Positions 28,526-41,481 of a stretch of DNA of 64,000 nucleotides are shown here, in pieces. The DNA is taken from positions 62,001 through 126,000 of the forward strand of contig JAUCBJ010005600.1 of the NCBI GenBank assembly GCA_032718475.1, given 5' to 3'. The position numbers were made by a program, and so were the translations under genes. Source of the stretch: Nemertoderma westbladi. Taxonomy: Eukaryota > Animalia > Xenacoelomorpha. The notes beneath the pieces were generated by a model. That model saw only the letters and a list, made by a program, of their open reading frames with translations, did no database searches and was not told the origin of the DNA. Numbering within the stretch: the stretch's first letter is position 1; each line of letters starts with the position of its first letter.

Positions 28526-29138
28526 AGGTTTAAATGGTTACGCGCCGTTGTCCTTGGGTCATTCAGTCATTAGGTCCTGCGTCGTTCCGTAATCGCGCAT
28601 TTGTATTATATTTTGTAGGAATTGTATCTTTAATTAGAACAGCTGATTTCTAGCAAAAATAAACATGTGGTATTGACTTTCGTTTATTGTTTAGGTTAGA
28701 ATAACATGTACACTGAAACATGATCCTTTCCCGGAAATACCAGCACCTAACACTGCAGGATCTAACGACGTAGTAGGTCTACCCTTTAAACTACAGGCTG
28801 ATGGAAATTCTTTCCATTTGTAACTGCACGTTAACTTCGTTTGTTTTTAATATTATACCAATTTAATCATTGAAATATTGATTATATAACAAAACAAATT
28901 TTGAAATCCTCCACCACCATTCCGCAACTACTTTCACATGAATATTTACATATTACATTAACCATATTAAACCCGTAAACCCGGGGGGAGGGGGGGGGGG
29001 GGTGGTGGTCAATATGTAAAATAATATATAAGAGGTATATACCTCTTTGCGCATTGAAACATGACTTGTGTTACCGGTAGTAATTTTTTTAACTGTGTTT
29101 TTTTCTTATTTAAATTTTTTAATTATTTTGTTTCACAG

Positions 29139-29283
29139 GTGTGATGTGGTAGCTTGCGATTTTAGTGATCGCGATTCCAGATGCCAGGAGGGTTGCGTTC
29201 CAGAAAGCCGCATATCTAAGAGGGGGATACACAAAAGTTTCCATTTGATTTCCCGAGAGATATCTGGGCTACATATATATTGA
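29139..29283 (+). CDS. Exon 2 (terminal) of the lectin-mucin-ZP gene
   Basis: Acceptor tttgtttcacAG|G completes an Arg codon in phase 2. The exon reads CDVVAC...SRCQEGC...RISKR, i.e. the ZP-C cysteines plus a basic cleavage site; TGA ends at 29283. Confidence 0.88.
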
Positions 29284-29301
29284 AAATATGTGACAGCGAG
29301 T

Positions 29302-29307
29302 AATAAA
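29302..29307 (+). promoter_or_regulatory. Candidate polyadenylation signal
   Basis: AATAAA 19 nt after the stop codon. Confidence 0.4.
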
Positions 29308-29821
29308 ATAATAATTATTGGTGATGGTAAAGATATTCTGAAATTATTATCTCTGGATGTATACTGTATTGGGTGTAAAGGTGAAGGGGAGGTGCATATG
29401 TTATAGAACACGGACTGACGTCATGTTAAGTCTCTCTGACTTCGTGGCCTGCCCCACAGGATATGGGATTTTATGTATACCATTAAGTAGAGTAAGTCTT
29501 GCACACACACACACCCCCATGCCCCGGAATATAGTGTCGTAATTCAATGACACGAATCCAATACAATTCAATGCCCCCCACACAGTGTGCACCCCCCCCC
29601 CCCCCCCCCTTCCCCACTAATGGTTCAATATTTTTTCAAACGCTTGTAGCTGAAGAATCAAATCAAAAAAAATTACCACTCAGCCACTAAGTGGCCGTGA
29701 AGTGAAACAATCTCTGTTTCAAATTTCATGCAATCTCATTAATATTTGTAGAAAATTGATTAGGTTGTAGATTACAAATTAGGGGGGAAATTAGGTTCGT
29801 ATCATTGAATTACGACAATAT

Positions 29822-32800
29822 TATATCCCGCGGCTCGGTGTACAGAGAAGTCATATATTCCGAGGCTCGGTGTACAGAGAAGTCATATATTCCGAGGCTC
29901 GGTGTACAGAGAAGTCATATATTCCGAGGCTCGGTGTACAGAGAAGTCATATATATTCCCGAGGCACCACGGTGTACAGAGAAGTCATATATTCCGAGGC
30001 TCGGTGTACAGAGAAGTCATATATATTCCGAGGCTCGGTGTACAGAGAAGTCATATATTCCGAGGCTCGGTGTACAGAGAAGTCATATATATTCCGAGGC
30101 TCGGTGTACAGAGAAGTCATATATATTCCGAGGCTCGGTGTACAGAGAAGTCATATATTCCGAGGCTCGGTGTACAGAGAAGTCATATATATTCCGAGGC
30201 TCGGTGTACAGAGAAGTCATATATATTCCGAGGCGTGGTGTACAGAGAAGTCATATATTCCGAGGCTCGGTGTACAGAGAAGTCATATATTCCGAGGCTC
30301 GGTGTACAGAGAAGTCATATATATTCCGAGGCTCGGTGTACAGAGAAGTCATATATATTCCGAGGCTCGGTGTACAGAGAAGTCATATATTCCGAGGCTC
30401 AGTGTACAGAGAAGTCATATATTCCGAGGCTCGGTGTACAGAGAAGTCATATATTCCGAGGCTCGGTGTACAGAGAAGTCATATATATTCCGAGGCTCGG
30501 TGTACAGAGAAGTCATATATGCCGAGGCTCGGTGTACAGAGAAGTCATATATTCCGAGGCGCGGTGTACAGAGAAGTCATATATTCCGAGGCGCGGTGTA
30601 CAGAGAAGTCATATATATTCCGAGGCTCGGTGTACAGAGAAGTCATATATTCCGAGGCGCGGTGTACAGAGAAGTCATATATATTCCGAGGCTCGGTGTA
30701 CAGAGAAGTCATATATTCCGAGGCTCGGTGTACAGAGAAGTCATATATATTCCGAGGCTCGGTGTACAGAGAAGTCATATATTCCGAGGCGCGGTGTACA
30801 GAGAAGTCATATATATTCCGAGGCACCACGGTGTACAGAGAAGTCATATATTCCGAGGCTCGGTGTACAGAGAAGTCATATATATTCCGAGGCACCACGG
30901 TGTACAGAGAAGTCATATATTCCGAGGCTCGGTGTACAGAGAAGTCATATATTCCGAGGCTCGGTGTACAGAGAAGTCATATATTCCGAGGCACCACGGT
31001 GTACAGAGAAGTCATATATTCCGAGGCGCGGTGTACAGAGAAGTCATATATATTCCGAGGCTCGGTGTACAGAGAAGTCATATATTCCAAGGCTCGGTGT
31101 ACAGAGAAGTCATATATTCCGAGGCTCGGTGTACAGAGAAGTCATATATTCCGAGGCTCGGTGTACAGAGAAGTCATATATTCCGAGGCGCGGTGTACAG
31201 AGAAGTCATATATTCCGAGGCGCGGTGTACAGAGAAGTCATATATTCCGAGGCTCGGTGTACAGAGAAGTCATATATTCCGAGGCGCCACGGTGTACAGA
31301 GAAGTCATATATTCCGAGGCGCGGTGTACAGAGAAGTCATATATTCCGAGGCTCGGTGTACAGAGAAGTCATATATTCCGAGGCACCACGGTGTACAGAG
31401 AAGTCATATATTCCGAGGCTCGGTGTACAGAGAAGTCATATATTCCGAGGCGCGGTGTACAGAGAAGTCATATATATTCCGAGGCTCGGTGTACAGAGAA
31501 GTCATATATTCCGAGGCGCGGTGTACAGAGAAGTCATATATATTCCGAGGCACCACGGTGTACAGAGAAGTCATATATTCCGAGGCTCGGTGTACAGAGA
31601 AGTCATATATTCCGAGGCTCGGTGTACAGAGAAGTCATATATTCCGAGGCACCACGGTGTACAGAGAAGTCATATATTCCGAGGCTCGGTGTACAGAGAA
31701 GTCATATATTCCGAGGCGCGGTGTACAGAGAAGTCATATATTCCGAGGCACCACGGTGTACAGAGAAGTCATATATTCCGAGGCTCGGTGTACAGAGAAG
31801 TCATATATTCCGAGGCGTGGTGTACAGAGAAGTCATATATTCCGAGGCTCGGTGTACAGAGAAGTCATATATTCCGAGGCGCGGTGTACAGAGAAGTCAT
31901 ATATTCCGAGGCTCGGTGTACAGAGAAGTCATATATTCCGAGGCACCACGGTGTACAGAGAAGTCATATATTCCGAGGCGCGGTGTACAGAGAAGTCATA
32001 TATATTCCGAGGCTCGGTGTACAGAGAAGTCATATATTCCAAGGCTCGGTGTACAGAGAAGTCATATATTCCGAGGCTCGGTGTACAGAGAAGTCATATA
32101 TTCCGAGGCTCGGTGTACAGAGAAGTCATATATTCCGAGGCGCGGTGTACAGAGAAGTCATATATTCCGAGGCGCGGTGTACAGAGAAGTCATATATTCC
32201 GAGGCTCGGTGTACAGAGAAGTCATATATTCCGAGGCGCCACGGTGTACAGAGAAGTCATATATTCCGAGGCGCGGTGTACAGAGAAGTCATATATTCCG
32301 AGGCTCGGTGTACAGAGAAGTCATATATTCCGAGGCACCACGGTGTACAGAGAAGTCATATATTCCGAGGCTCGGTGTACAGAGAAGTCATATATTCCGA
32401 GGCGCGGTGTACAGAGAAGTCATATATATTCCGAGGCTCGGTGTACAGAGAAGTCATATATTCCGAGGCGCGGTGTACAGAGAAGTCATATATATTCCGA
32501 GGCACCACGGTGTACAGAGAAGTCATATATTCCGAGGCTCGGTGTACAGAGAAGTCATATATTCCGAGGCTCGGTGTACAGAGAAGTCATATATTCCGAG
32601 GCACCACGGTGTACAGAGAAGTCATATATTCCGAGGCTCGGTGTACAGAGAAGTCATATATTCCGAGGCGCGGTGTACAGAGAAGTCATATATTCCGAGG
32701 CACCACGGTGTACAGAGAAGTCATATATTCCGAGGCTCGGTGTACAGAGAAGTCATATATTCCGAGGCGTGGTGTACAGAGAAGTCATATATTCCGAGGC

Positions 32801-35800
32801 TCGGTGTACAGAGAAGTCATATATTCCGAGGCGCGGTGTACAGAGAAGTCATATATTCCGAGGCTCGGTGTACAGAGAAGTCATATATTCCGAGGCTCGG
32901 TGTACAGAGAAGTCATATATTCCGAGGCGCGGTGTACAGAGAAGTCATATATCCCGAGGCGCGGTGTACAGAGAAGTCATATATTCCGAGGCGCGGTGTA
33001 CAGAGAAGTCATATATATTCCGAGGCACCACGGTGTACAGAGAAGTCATATATTCCGAGGCTCGGTGTACAGAGAAGTCATATATTCCGAGGCGCGGTGT
33101 ACAGAGAAGTCATATATTCCGAGGCACCACGGTGTACAGAGAAGTCATATATTCCGAGGCTCGGTGTACAGAGAAGTCATATATTCCGAGGCGTGGTGTA
33201 CAGAGAAGTCATATATTCCGAGGCTCGGTGTACAGAGAAGTCATATATTCCGAGGCGCGGTGTACAGAGAAGTCATATATCCCGAGGCGCGGTGTACAGA
33301 GAAGTCATATATTCCGAGGCTCGGTGTACAGAGAAGTCATATATTCCGAGGCGTGGTGTACAGAGAAGTCATATATTCCGAGGCACCACGGTGTACAGAG
33401 AAGTCATATATTCCGAGGCTCGGTGTACAGAGAAGTCATATATTCCGAGGCGCCACGGTGTACAGAGAAGTCATATATTCCGAGGCTCGGTGTACAGAGA
33501 AGTCATATATTCCGAGGCTCGGTGTACAGAGAAGTCATATATTCCGAGGCGCGGTGTACAGAGAAGTCATATATTCCGAGGCGCCACGGTGTACAGAGAA
33601 GTCATATATTCCGAGGCTCGGTGTACAGAGAAGTCATATATTCCGAGGCTCGGTGTACAGAGAAGTCATATATTCCGAGGCTCGGTGTACAGAGAAGTCA
33701 TATATTCCGAGGCGCGGTGTACAGAGAAGTCATATATTCCGAGGCGCCACGGTGTACAGAGAAGTCATATATTCCGAGGCTCGGTGTACAGAGAAGTCAT
33801 ATATTCCGAGGCTCGGTGTACAGAGAAGTCATATATTCCGAGGCTCGGTGTACAGAGAAGTCATATATTCCGAGGCGCCACGGTGTACAGAGAAGTCATA
33901 TATTCCGAGGCTCGGTGTACAGAGAAGTCATATATTCCGAGGCGCGGTGTACAGAGAAGTCATATATTCCGAGGCGCCACGGTGTACAGAGAAGTCATAT
34001 ATTCCGAGGCGCCACGGTGTACAGAGAAGTCATATATTCCGAGGCGCGGTGTACAGAGAAGTCATATATTCCGAGGCGCGGTGTACAGAGAAGTCATATA
34101 TTCCGAGGCGCCACGGTGTACAGAGAAGTCATATATTCCGAGGCTCGGTGTACAGAGAAGTCATATATTCCGAGGCTCGGTGTACAGAGAAGTCATATAT
34201 TCCGAGGCTCGGTGTACAGAGAAGTCATATATTCCGAGGCGCCACGGTGTACAGAGAAGTCATATATTCCGAGGCTCGGTGTACAGAGAAGTCATATATT
34301 CCGAGGCGCGGTGTACAGAGAAGTCATATATTCCGAGGCGTCACGGTGTACAGAGAAGTCATATATTCCGAGGCGCCACGGTGTACAGAGAAGTCATATA
34401 TTCCGAGGCGCGGTGTACAGAGAAGTCATATATTCCGAGGCACCGCGGTGTACAGAGAAGTCATATATTCCGAGGCGCCACGGTGTACAGAGAAGTCATA
34501 TATTCCGAGGCGCCACGGTGTACAGAGAAGTCATATATTCCGAGGCGCGGTGTACAGAGAAGTCATATATTCCGAGGCACCGCGGTGTACAGAGAAGTCA
34601 TATATTCCGAGGCACCACGGTGTACAGAGAAGTCATATATTCCGAGGCGCCACGGTGTACAGAGAAGTCATATATTCCGAGGCGCGGTGTACAGAGAAGT
34701 CATATATTCCGAGGCACCGCGGTGTACAGAGAAGTCATATATTCTGAGGCGCGGTGTACAGAGAAGTCATATATTCCGAGGCGCGGTGTACAGAGAAGTC
34801 ATATATTCCGAGGCGCCATGGTGTACAGAGAAGTCATATATTCCGAGGCGCCACGGTGTACAGAGAAGTCATATATTCCGAGGCGCCACGGTGTACAGAG
34901 AAGTCATATATTCCGAGGCGCCACGGTGTACAGAGAAGTCATATATTCCGAGGCGCGGTGTACAGAGAAGTCATATATTCCGAGGCACCGCGGTGTACAG
35001 AGAAGTCATATATTCCGAGGCACCACGGTGTACAGAGAAGTCATATATTCCGAGGCGCGGTGTACAGAGAAGTCATATATTCCGAGGCGCGGTGTACAGA
35101 GAAGTCATATATTCCGAGGCTCGGTGTACAGAGAAGTCATATATTCCGAGGCTCGGTGTACAGAGAAGTCATATATTCCGAGGCACCGCGGTGTACAGAG
35201 AAGTCATATATTCCGAGGCGCGGTGTACAGAGAAGTCATATATTCCGAGGCGCGGTGTACAGAGAAGTCATATATTCCGAGGCGCCACGGTGTACAGAGA
35301 AGTCATATATTCCGAGGCGCGGTGTACAGAGAAGTCATATATTCCGAGGCACCGCGGTGTACAGAGAAGTCATATATTCCGAGGCACCGCGGTGTACAGA
35401 GAAGTCATATATTCCGAGGCGCGGTGTACAGAGAAGTCATATATTCCGAGGCTCGGTGTACAGAGAAGTCATATATTCCGAGGCGCGGTGTACAGAGAAG
35501 TCATATATTCCGAGGCACCGCGGTGTACAGAGAAGTCATATATTCCGAGGCGCGGTGTACAGAGAAGTCATATATTCCGAGGCTCGGTGTACAGAGAAGT
35601 CATATATTCCGAGGCGCGGTGTACAGAGAAGTCATATATTCCGAGGCTCGGTGTACAGAGAAGTCATATATTCCGAGGCTCGGTGTACAGAGAAGTCATA
35701 TATTCCGAGGCGTCACGGTGTACAGAGAAGTCATATATTCCGAGGCGCCACGGTGTACAGAGAAGTCATATATTCCGAGGCGCGGTGTACAGAGAAGTCA

Positions 35801-37154
35801 TATATTCCGAGGCGCGGTGTACAGAGAAGTCATATATTCCGAGGCACCGCGGTGTACAGAGAAGTCATATATTCCGAGGCACCACGGTGTACAGAGAAGT
35901 CATATATTCCGAGGCGCCACGGTGTACAGAGAAGTCATATATTCCGAGGCGCGGTGTACAGAGAAGTCATATATTCCGAGGCACCGCGGTGTACAGAGAA
36001 GTCATATATTCTGAGGCGCGGTGTACAGAGAAGTCATATATTCCGAGGCGCGGTGTACAGAGAAGTCATATATTCCGAGGCGCCATGGTGTACAGAGAAG
36101 TCATATATTCCGAGGCGCCACGGTGTACAGAGAAGTCATATATTCCGAGGCGCCACGGTGTACAGAGAAGTCATATATTCCGAGGCGCCACGGTGTACAG
36201 AGAAGTCATATATTCCGAGGCGCGGTGTACAGAGAAGTCATATATTCCGAGGCACCGCGGTGTACAGAGAAGTCATATATTCCGAGGCACCACGGTGTAC
36301 AGAGAAGTCATATATTCCGAGGCGCGGTGTACAGAGAAGTCATATATTCCGAGGCGCGGTGTACAGAGAAGTCATATATTCCGAGGCGCCACGGTGTACA
36401 GAGAAGTCATATATTCCGAGGCGCGGTGTACAGAGAAGTCATATATTCCGAGGCACCGCGGTGTACAGAGAAGTCATATATTCCGAGGCGCGGTGTACAG
36501 AGAAGTCATATATTCCGAGGCTCGGTGTACAGAGAAGTCATATATTCCGAGGCTCGGTGTACAGAGAAGTCATATATTCCGAGGCGCGGTGTACAGAGAA
36601 GTCATATATTCCGAGGCTCGGTGTACAGAGAAGTCATATATTCCGAGGCGCGGTGTACAGAGAAGTCATATATTCCGAGGCGCGGTGTACAGAGAAGTCA
36701 TATATTCCGAGGCTCGGTGTACAGAGAAGTCATATATTCCGAGGCGCGGTGTACAGAGAAGTCATATATTCCGAGGCTCGGTGTACAGAGAAGTCATATA
36801 TTCCGAGGCGCGGTGTACAGAGAAGTCATATATTCCGAGGCGCCACGGTGTACAGAGAAGTCATATATTCCGAGGCTCGGTGTACAGAGAAGTCATATAT
36901 TCCGAGGCTCGGTGTACAGAGAAGTCATATATTCCGAGGCGCGGTGTACAGAGAAGTCATATATTCCGAGGCGCGGTGTACAGAGAAGTCATATATTCCG
37001 AGGCTCGGTGTACAGAGAAGTCATATATTCCGAGGCGCGGTGTACAGAGAAGTCATATATTCCGAGGCGCCACGGTGTACAGAGAAGTCATATATTCCGA
37101 GGCTCGGTGTACAGAGAAGTCATATATTCCGAGGCTCGGTGTACAGAGAAGTCA
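29822..37154. repeat. Satellite A: 32-bp unit CCGAGGCTCGGTGTACAGAGAAGTCATATATT with 34/35-bp variants, roughly 220 copies
   Basis: Uninterrupted tandem array. Variation is largely confined to the bases after GAGGC and to the (AT)n length. Confidence 0.98.
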
Positions 37155-37797
37155 CACGCAATATCATCAAAATTGGGAGAACGAGGTGAAATTTGCCTAA
37201 CTAAAATATTTATCTTATCACATGTTACCATGGCTACCAATGAGGGATTTTCCCCACATTTGATACTTTAGTCCAATTCTTATAGTTTGTATGAAACTTT
37301 TTCCTGGCATATATTAGAATAAAATATAATATATAATAACCAGATTTTCCCTACTCATCTGTGATATGTAACCGTTACCATCGACCATAACATTGTCAGA
37401 TTATATTAACAGACATTGTTACTTTCAAGTTAATATTTCAAATAAATCACAAAATCTAAAATCAGACAGGGCCAAAAATCTTCTCCAACATTATTTCTAT
37501 TTGATTATTTCCGAATTTCCGGTTTTGTAACCACGGAATGAATGCTACGTATTGGTCACTGTTGCGTTTTAGGCCCTGTTCACACTAACATGACCCCCAT
37601 TAATCAAGCTTCAATCCTAACTACATTGTTTAAGGCCAAGGCAGTCTGAATGGGGTCTAACAAACCTGTATAAATTAAATATATTTGCAGATATATATTA
37701 TAAATAATTCGTGTTCGATAGAATTTCATTCATTCCTCATTTAACGTACAATCGATAAAATATTCTTGTACATCAAAAATTCTCATTCATTTGTTTT

Positions 37798-38486
37798 ACT
37801 TCCCAACTAACTGCCAACTAACTTCCCAACTAACTGTCAACTAACATCCCAACTAACTGCCAACTATCTTCCCAACTAACTGCCAACTAACTTCCCAACT
37901 AACTGCCAACTAACTTCCCAACTAACTGCCAACTATCTTCCCAACTAACTGCCAACTAACTTCCCAACTAACTGCCAACTAACTTCCCAACTAACTGCCA
38001 ACTAACTGCCAACTAACTTCCCAACTAACTGCCAACTAACTGCCAACTAACTTCCAACTAACTTCCCAACTAACTGCAAACTAACTTCCCCACTAACTGC
38101 CAACTACTTCCCAACTAACTGCCAACTAACTTCCCAACTAACTGCCAACTAACTGCCAACTAACTTCCCAACTAACTGCCAACTAACTTCCCAACTAACT
38201 GCCAACTAACTACCAACTAACTTCCCAACTAACTGCCAACTAACTGCCAACTAACTTCCCAACTAACTGCCAACTAACTTCCCAACTAACTGCCAACTAA
38301 CTGCTAACTAACATCCCAACTAACTGCCAACTAACTTCCCAACTAACTGCCAACTAACGGCTAACTAACTGCCAACTAACTTCCCAACTAACTGCCAACT
38401 AACTTCCCAACTAACTGCCAACTAACTTCCCAACTAACTGCCAACTAACAGCTAACTAACTGCCAACTAACTCCCCAACTAACTGC
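37798..38486. repeat. Satellite B (left part): mixed 11/12-bp units GCCAACTAACT / TCCCAACTAACT
   Basis: Directly visible; resumes at 41210 after the Gypsy insertion. Confidence 0.95.
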
Positions 38487-41209
38487 TGTGTGGTTATATG
38501 ATAATAACCCAAGATAACAAAGTAATAAAATATCTGTTATTTTATTGAGACTAGCAGTTATCTCTGATTACTGCCGTACTGCCTTTGTACAGCACTGGAC
38601 ATATCTGTGTCCGTGCTGGAACGCGGGTCCGGAGGGGGTGGCCGTAGACGATTTGTGCGGGGGATAATCCGGTTTCCCGCGGGATGTTCCTGAGAGCCAG
38701 TAGGCCTTCAGCGAACGCTGGAGAGTCGGGGCAGCCGCCAGTCTTGTCGAGAAGGCCGCTTCGGCATGCCCGTTGCCCTGAGGATACTCAGCAGATGAAG
38801 TGACTGGGGTGACACCCCAGTCAGCGAGGAAGCTGACCGTGGCACTGGTTGTAAGGGGGGTACCGCCATCCGACCGCAGGAGGGTCGGAATCCCATAGCG
38901 CGAGAACCACTTTTTTAGGGAGTTAATGGTGTTGGCGGCGGAAGGGGCGCCGGAGAAGGAATTGAGATCCAGCCACCCACTATATCGGTCAACGAGGGCA
39001 ATGTAATGGCGACCATTTAGCTGAAAAAGTCGGCCGAGATGTCCTCGAAGATCCGGGATGGTGGTGGTTCCTCCAGGAAGGTTTCCTTCGGAGGGGTGGC
39101 CCTGTATCGAAGGCAGGATGGGCAGCTGGCAACTGATTGGCAGATATCGTTGGTGAGACCCGGCCAGTAAATACACTGCCGGGCCCGCCGAAGAGATTTA
39201 TCCATCCCCTGGTGGGGACTATGGAGACGTTCCAGGGTGCTGGCGTGGGCTGCCGCAGGGATAACGATGCGCTCGCCGTAGAGGATGAGATCGTCATCTG
39301 TGGTGAGCTCGTTCCGCAGCGACCAATATGCTCCGACTGCAGGGTCGTTGCGTGTATGGAGGGGGAATCCATCATGTACTGCAGCATAGAGGGCCATGTA
39401 TGCGGGATCAGCACGAGCGATTGTGGCGAGATCCTGGAGGATGGGGTCTTCAAGATGGTCGAACCCGGAGATGGCGCAAACTGTAGAGAGCGTGATGGAG
39501 TGGAGGCAGAAGGATGTCTCGCCGTCATCGATGAGATTGGCGGGTGTCGGCTGATCGACGGGGGATCGTGATAGCGCGTCGGGGATGGAGTGAGATTTCC
39601 CTTTAACCCAGCTGGTCTGGAAGTTGTATGGGGCCAGCATTCTCCACCTCCGAAAAGTTTTTCCGGTCGAGGATTGTCAACAGAGGCTGGTGATCCGTTA
39701 CCAAAGTGAAGATGGGGAGTCCTAGGAGGTAGTTGGGGCACTTTTTGATTGCCCATGCGACAGCGAGCAGCTCCAGCTCGACGGTCGCATACCGGGACTC
39801 CGTCTGAGAAATGAACCTAGACCCGCACTCAATGAGACGCCAGTCTGTTCCGTGGCGTTGTAAAAGGGCATAGCCAAGCCCTTTGAGCCTGGAGGCGTCG
39901 GTTACTAGTTTTGTTTCGAGGGAAATATCGAAAGGGGCAAGTACTGGGGGTGAAGTGAGTGCAACCTTTGTGGCCTCAAAGGCTCGTGAGTTCCAGATAT
40001 ATGGAGATTTCGCTGACAATAGCGGGAGCAGAGGCAGGAGCATATGCGATATCTCGGCGGAGAATGGAGCTAATTGCTCCACCAGTCCAATGAAGGAGCG
40101 GAGATCGGTGAGGATCTCAGGGCGGGGGAAGGAGGCGATGGCGGACAGTTTGGTGGGATCAGCACGGATTCCATCTGCTCCCACGAGGTAGCCCCCAAAT
40201 TTAACTTGGGATTTGGCGAGCTGGACCTTGTCTGGGTGTAAGCAGATCCCCTTGGAGCGGCAGCGCTCCAAGAAGTGTTGGATTGATGCCAGGTGTTCCT
40301 CCAGGGTGTCGTCATACAGTAGTACATCGTCAACGATTTTCAACATCCTGGGAATACCTTCCAGCGCTATGTCGCCCCGGCGATTAAACTCATCTCCAGA
40401 TGAGATTAAACCCATCACGCTCCGTGTGTGCTTGGACCGCCCCCATGGTTTGACAAAGGTAGTTAATAACTGGGATTCAGGATCTAGGGGGACTTGTCAG
40501 TAGCCATGGGCGGCGTCAAACACAGAAAAGAACTTCGCAGTTCGGGAAATCTCCGCGATTTTGAGGCGAGGATTCGGTGTTGGGTAAAAGGGTCGCTCGA
40601 CTTGAGAATTTAGTCCGCGCAAGTCCATCGCATATTACCCCTCGGGCGGGGCAGGTTGCTCCTAGATGTTATTCTTGCTAACAGTTGCCGCAATTGCGGG
40701 CGCGATACCGATCCCTTTTGGATGTATTAAATCTAGGAGCTGGTACCGGGGTAGAGGGTTGGCCGGAAGACCTTCCGGGATGTTGGTTTCCGGCATTTGG
40801 GCGCGACATTGGAGAGCGCCCCCCCCCCCCCCCCCCCCCACTGCCTGTACTGGGAGATCTTCCCAACGGAGCGGCAGCTACCCAGTACTTGCGTATTCTT
40901 TGCACTGGACTCGTAGTTCTGACATAGAGTTCGAGTTTCCTCCAGAGTGGGTCTGGGGAGTATTTTCAGCAGATCTTGCTGGGTTTCGTAGACGGAAAAA
41001 GTCGTAGTCGATTTACTCCACGTTCCGACGGATAGCCGCGGTTAAACGCGTGTGCGAGGGTCGCAGGTAGGCAGTATACCGGTAACTCGCAGCGCCATGT
41101 TGGACATATCTGTGTCCAACGACCTAATCAAGCTAACTATATCAGTATATCTTTTAACACCACCACCAACATAGTTCCGTACTGTATGTTATCTACGGGA
41201 ACTACCACA
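38487..41209 (-). mobile_element. Internally deleted Gypsy (Mag-like) element inserted in satellite B
   Basis: TG...CA ends flanked by 5-bp TSD ACTGC (38482-38486 and 41210-41214); minus-strand PBS TGGCGCTGCGAG beginning at 41097; RT KIVDDVLL, RNase H TDASRLKGLG, integrase LRSDGGTP..GNGHAEAA. Most of gag and the protease are missing. Confidence 0.9.
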
Positions 41210-41463
41210 ACTGCCAACTAACTTCCCAACTAACTGCCAACTAACTTCCCAACTAACTGCCAACTAACGGCTAACTAACTGCCAACAAACTTCCCAACTA
41301 ACTGCCAACTAACTTCCCAACTAACTGCCAACTAACTTCCCAGCTAACTGCAAACTAACTTCCCAACTAACTGCCAACCAACTGCCAACTAACTGCCAAA
41401 TAACTGCCAACTAACTGCCAACTAACTTCCCAACTAACTGCCAACTAACTGCCAACTAACTGC
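41210..41463. repeat. Satellite B (right part)
   Basis: Same units as 37798-38486. Confidence 0.95.
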
Positions 41464-41481
41464 AGTCTTCTGATGCCAATA

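Noticed and set aside
29805-37271. Giant ORFs (up to 2432 aa) in all three + frames; constant-plus-variable pattern resembling CRISPR
   Set aside because: The 32-bp monomer simply lacks a stop triplet on this strand, so all frames stay open and cycle through the same peptide. The variable parts are 2-5 bp and recurrent, not unique spacers. There are no cas genes and the context is eukaryotic.
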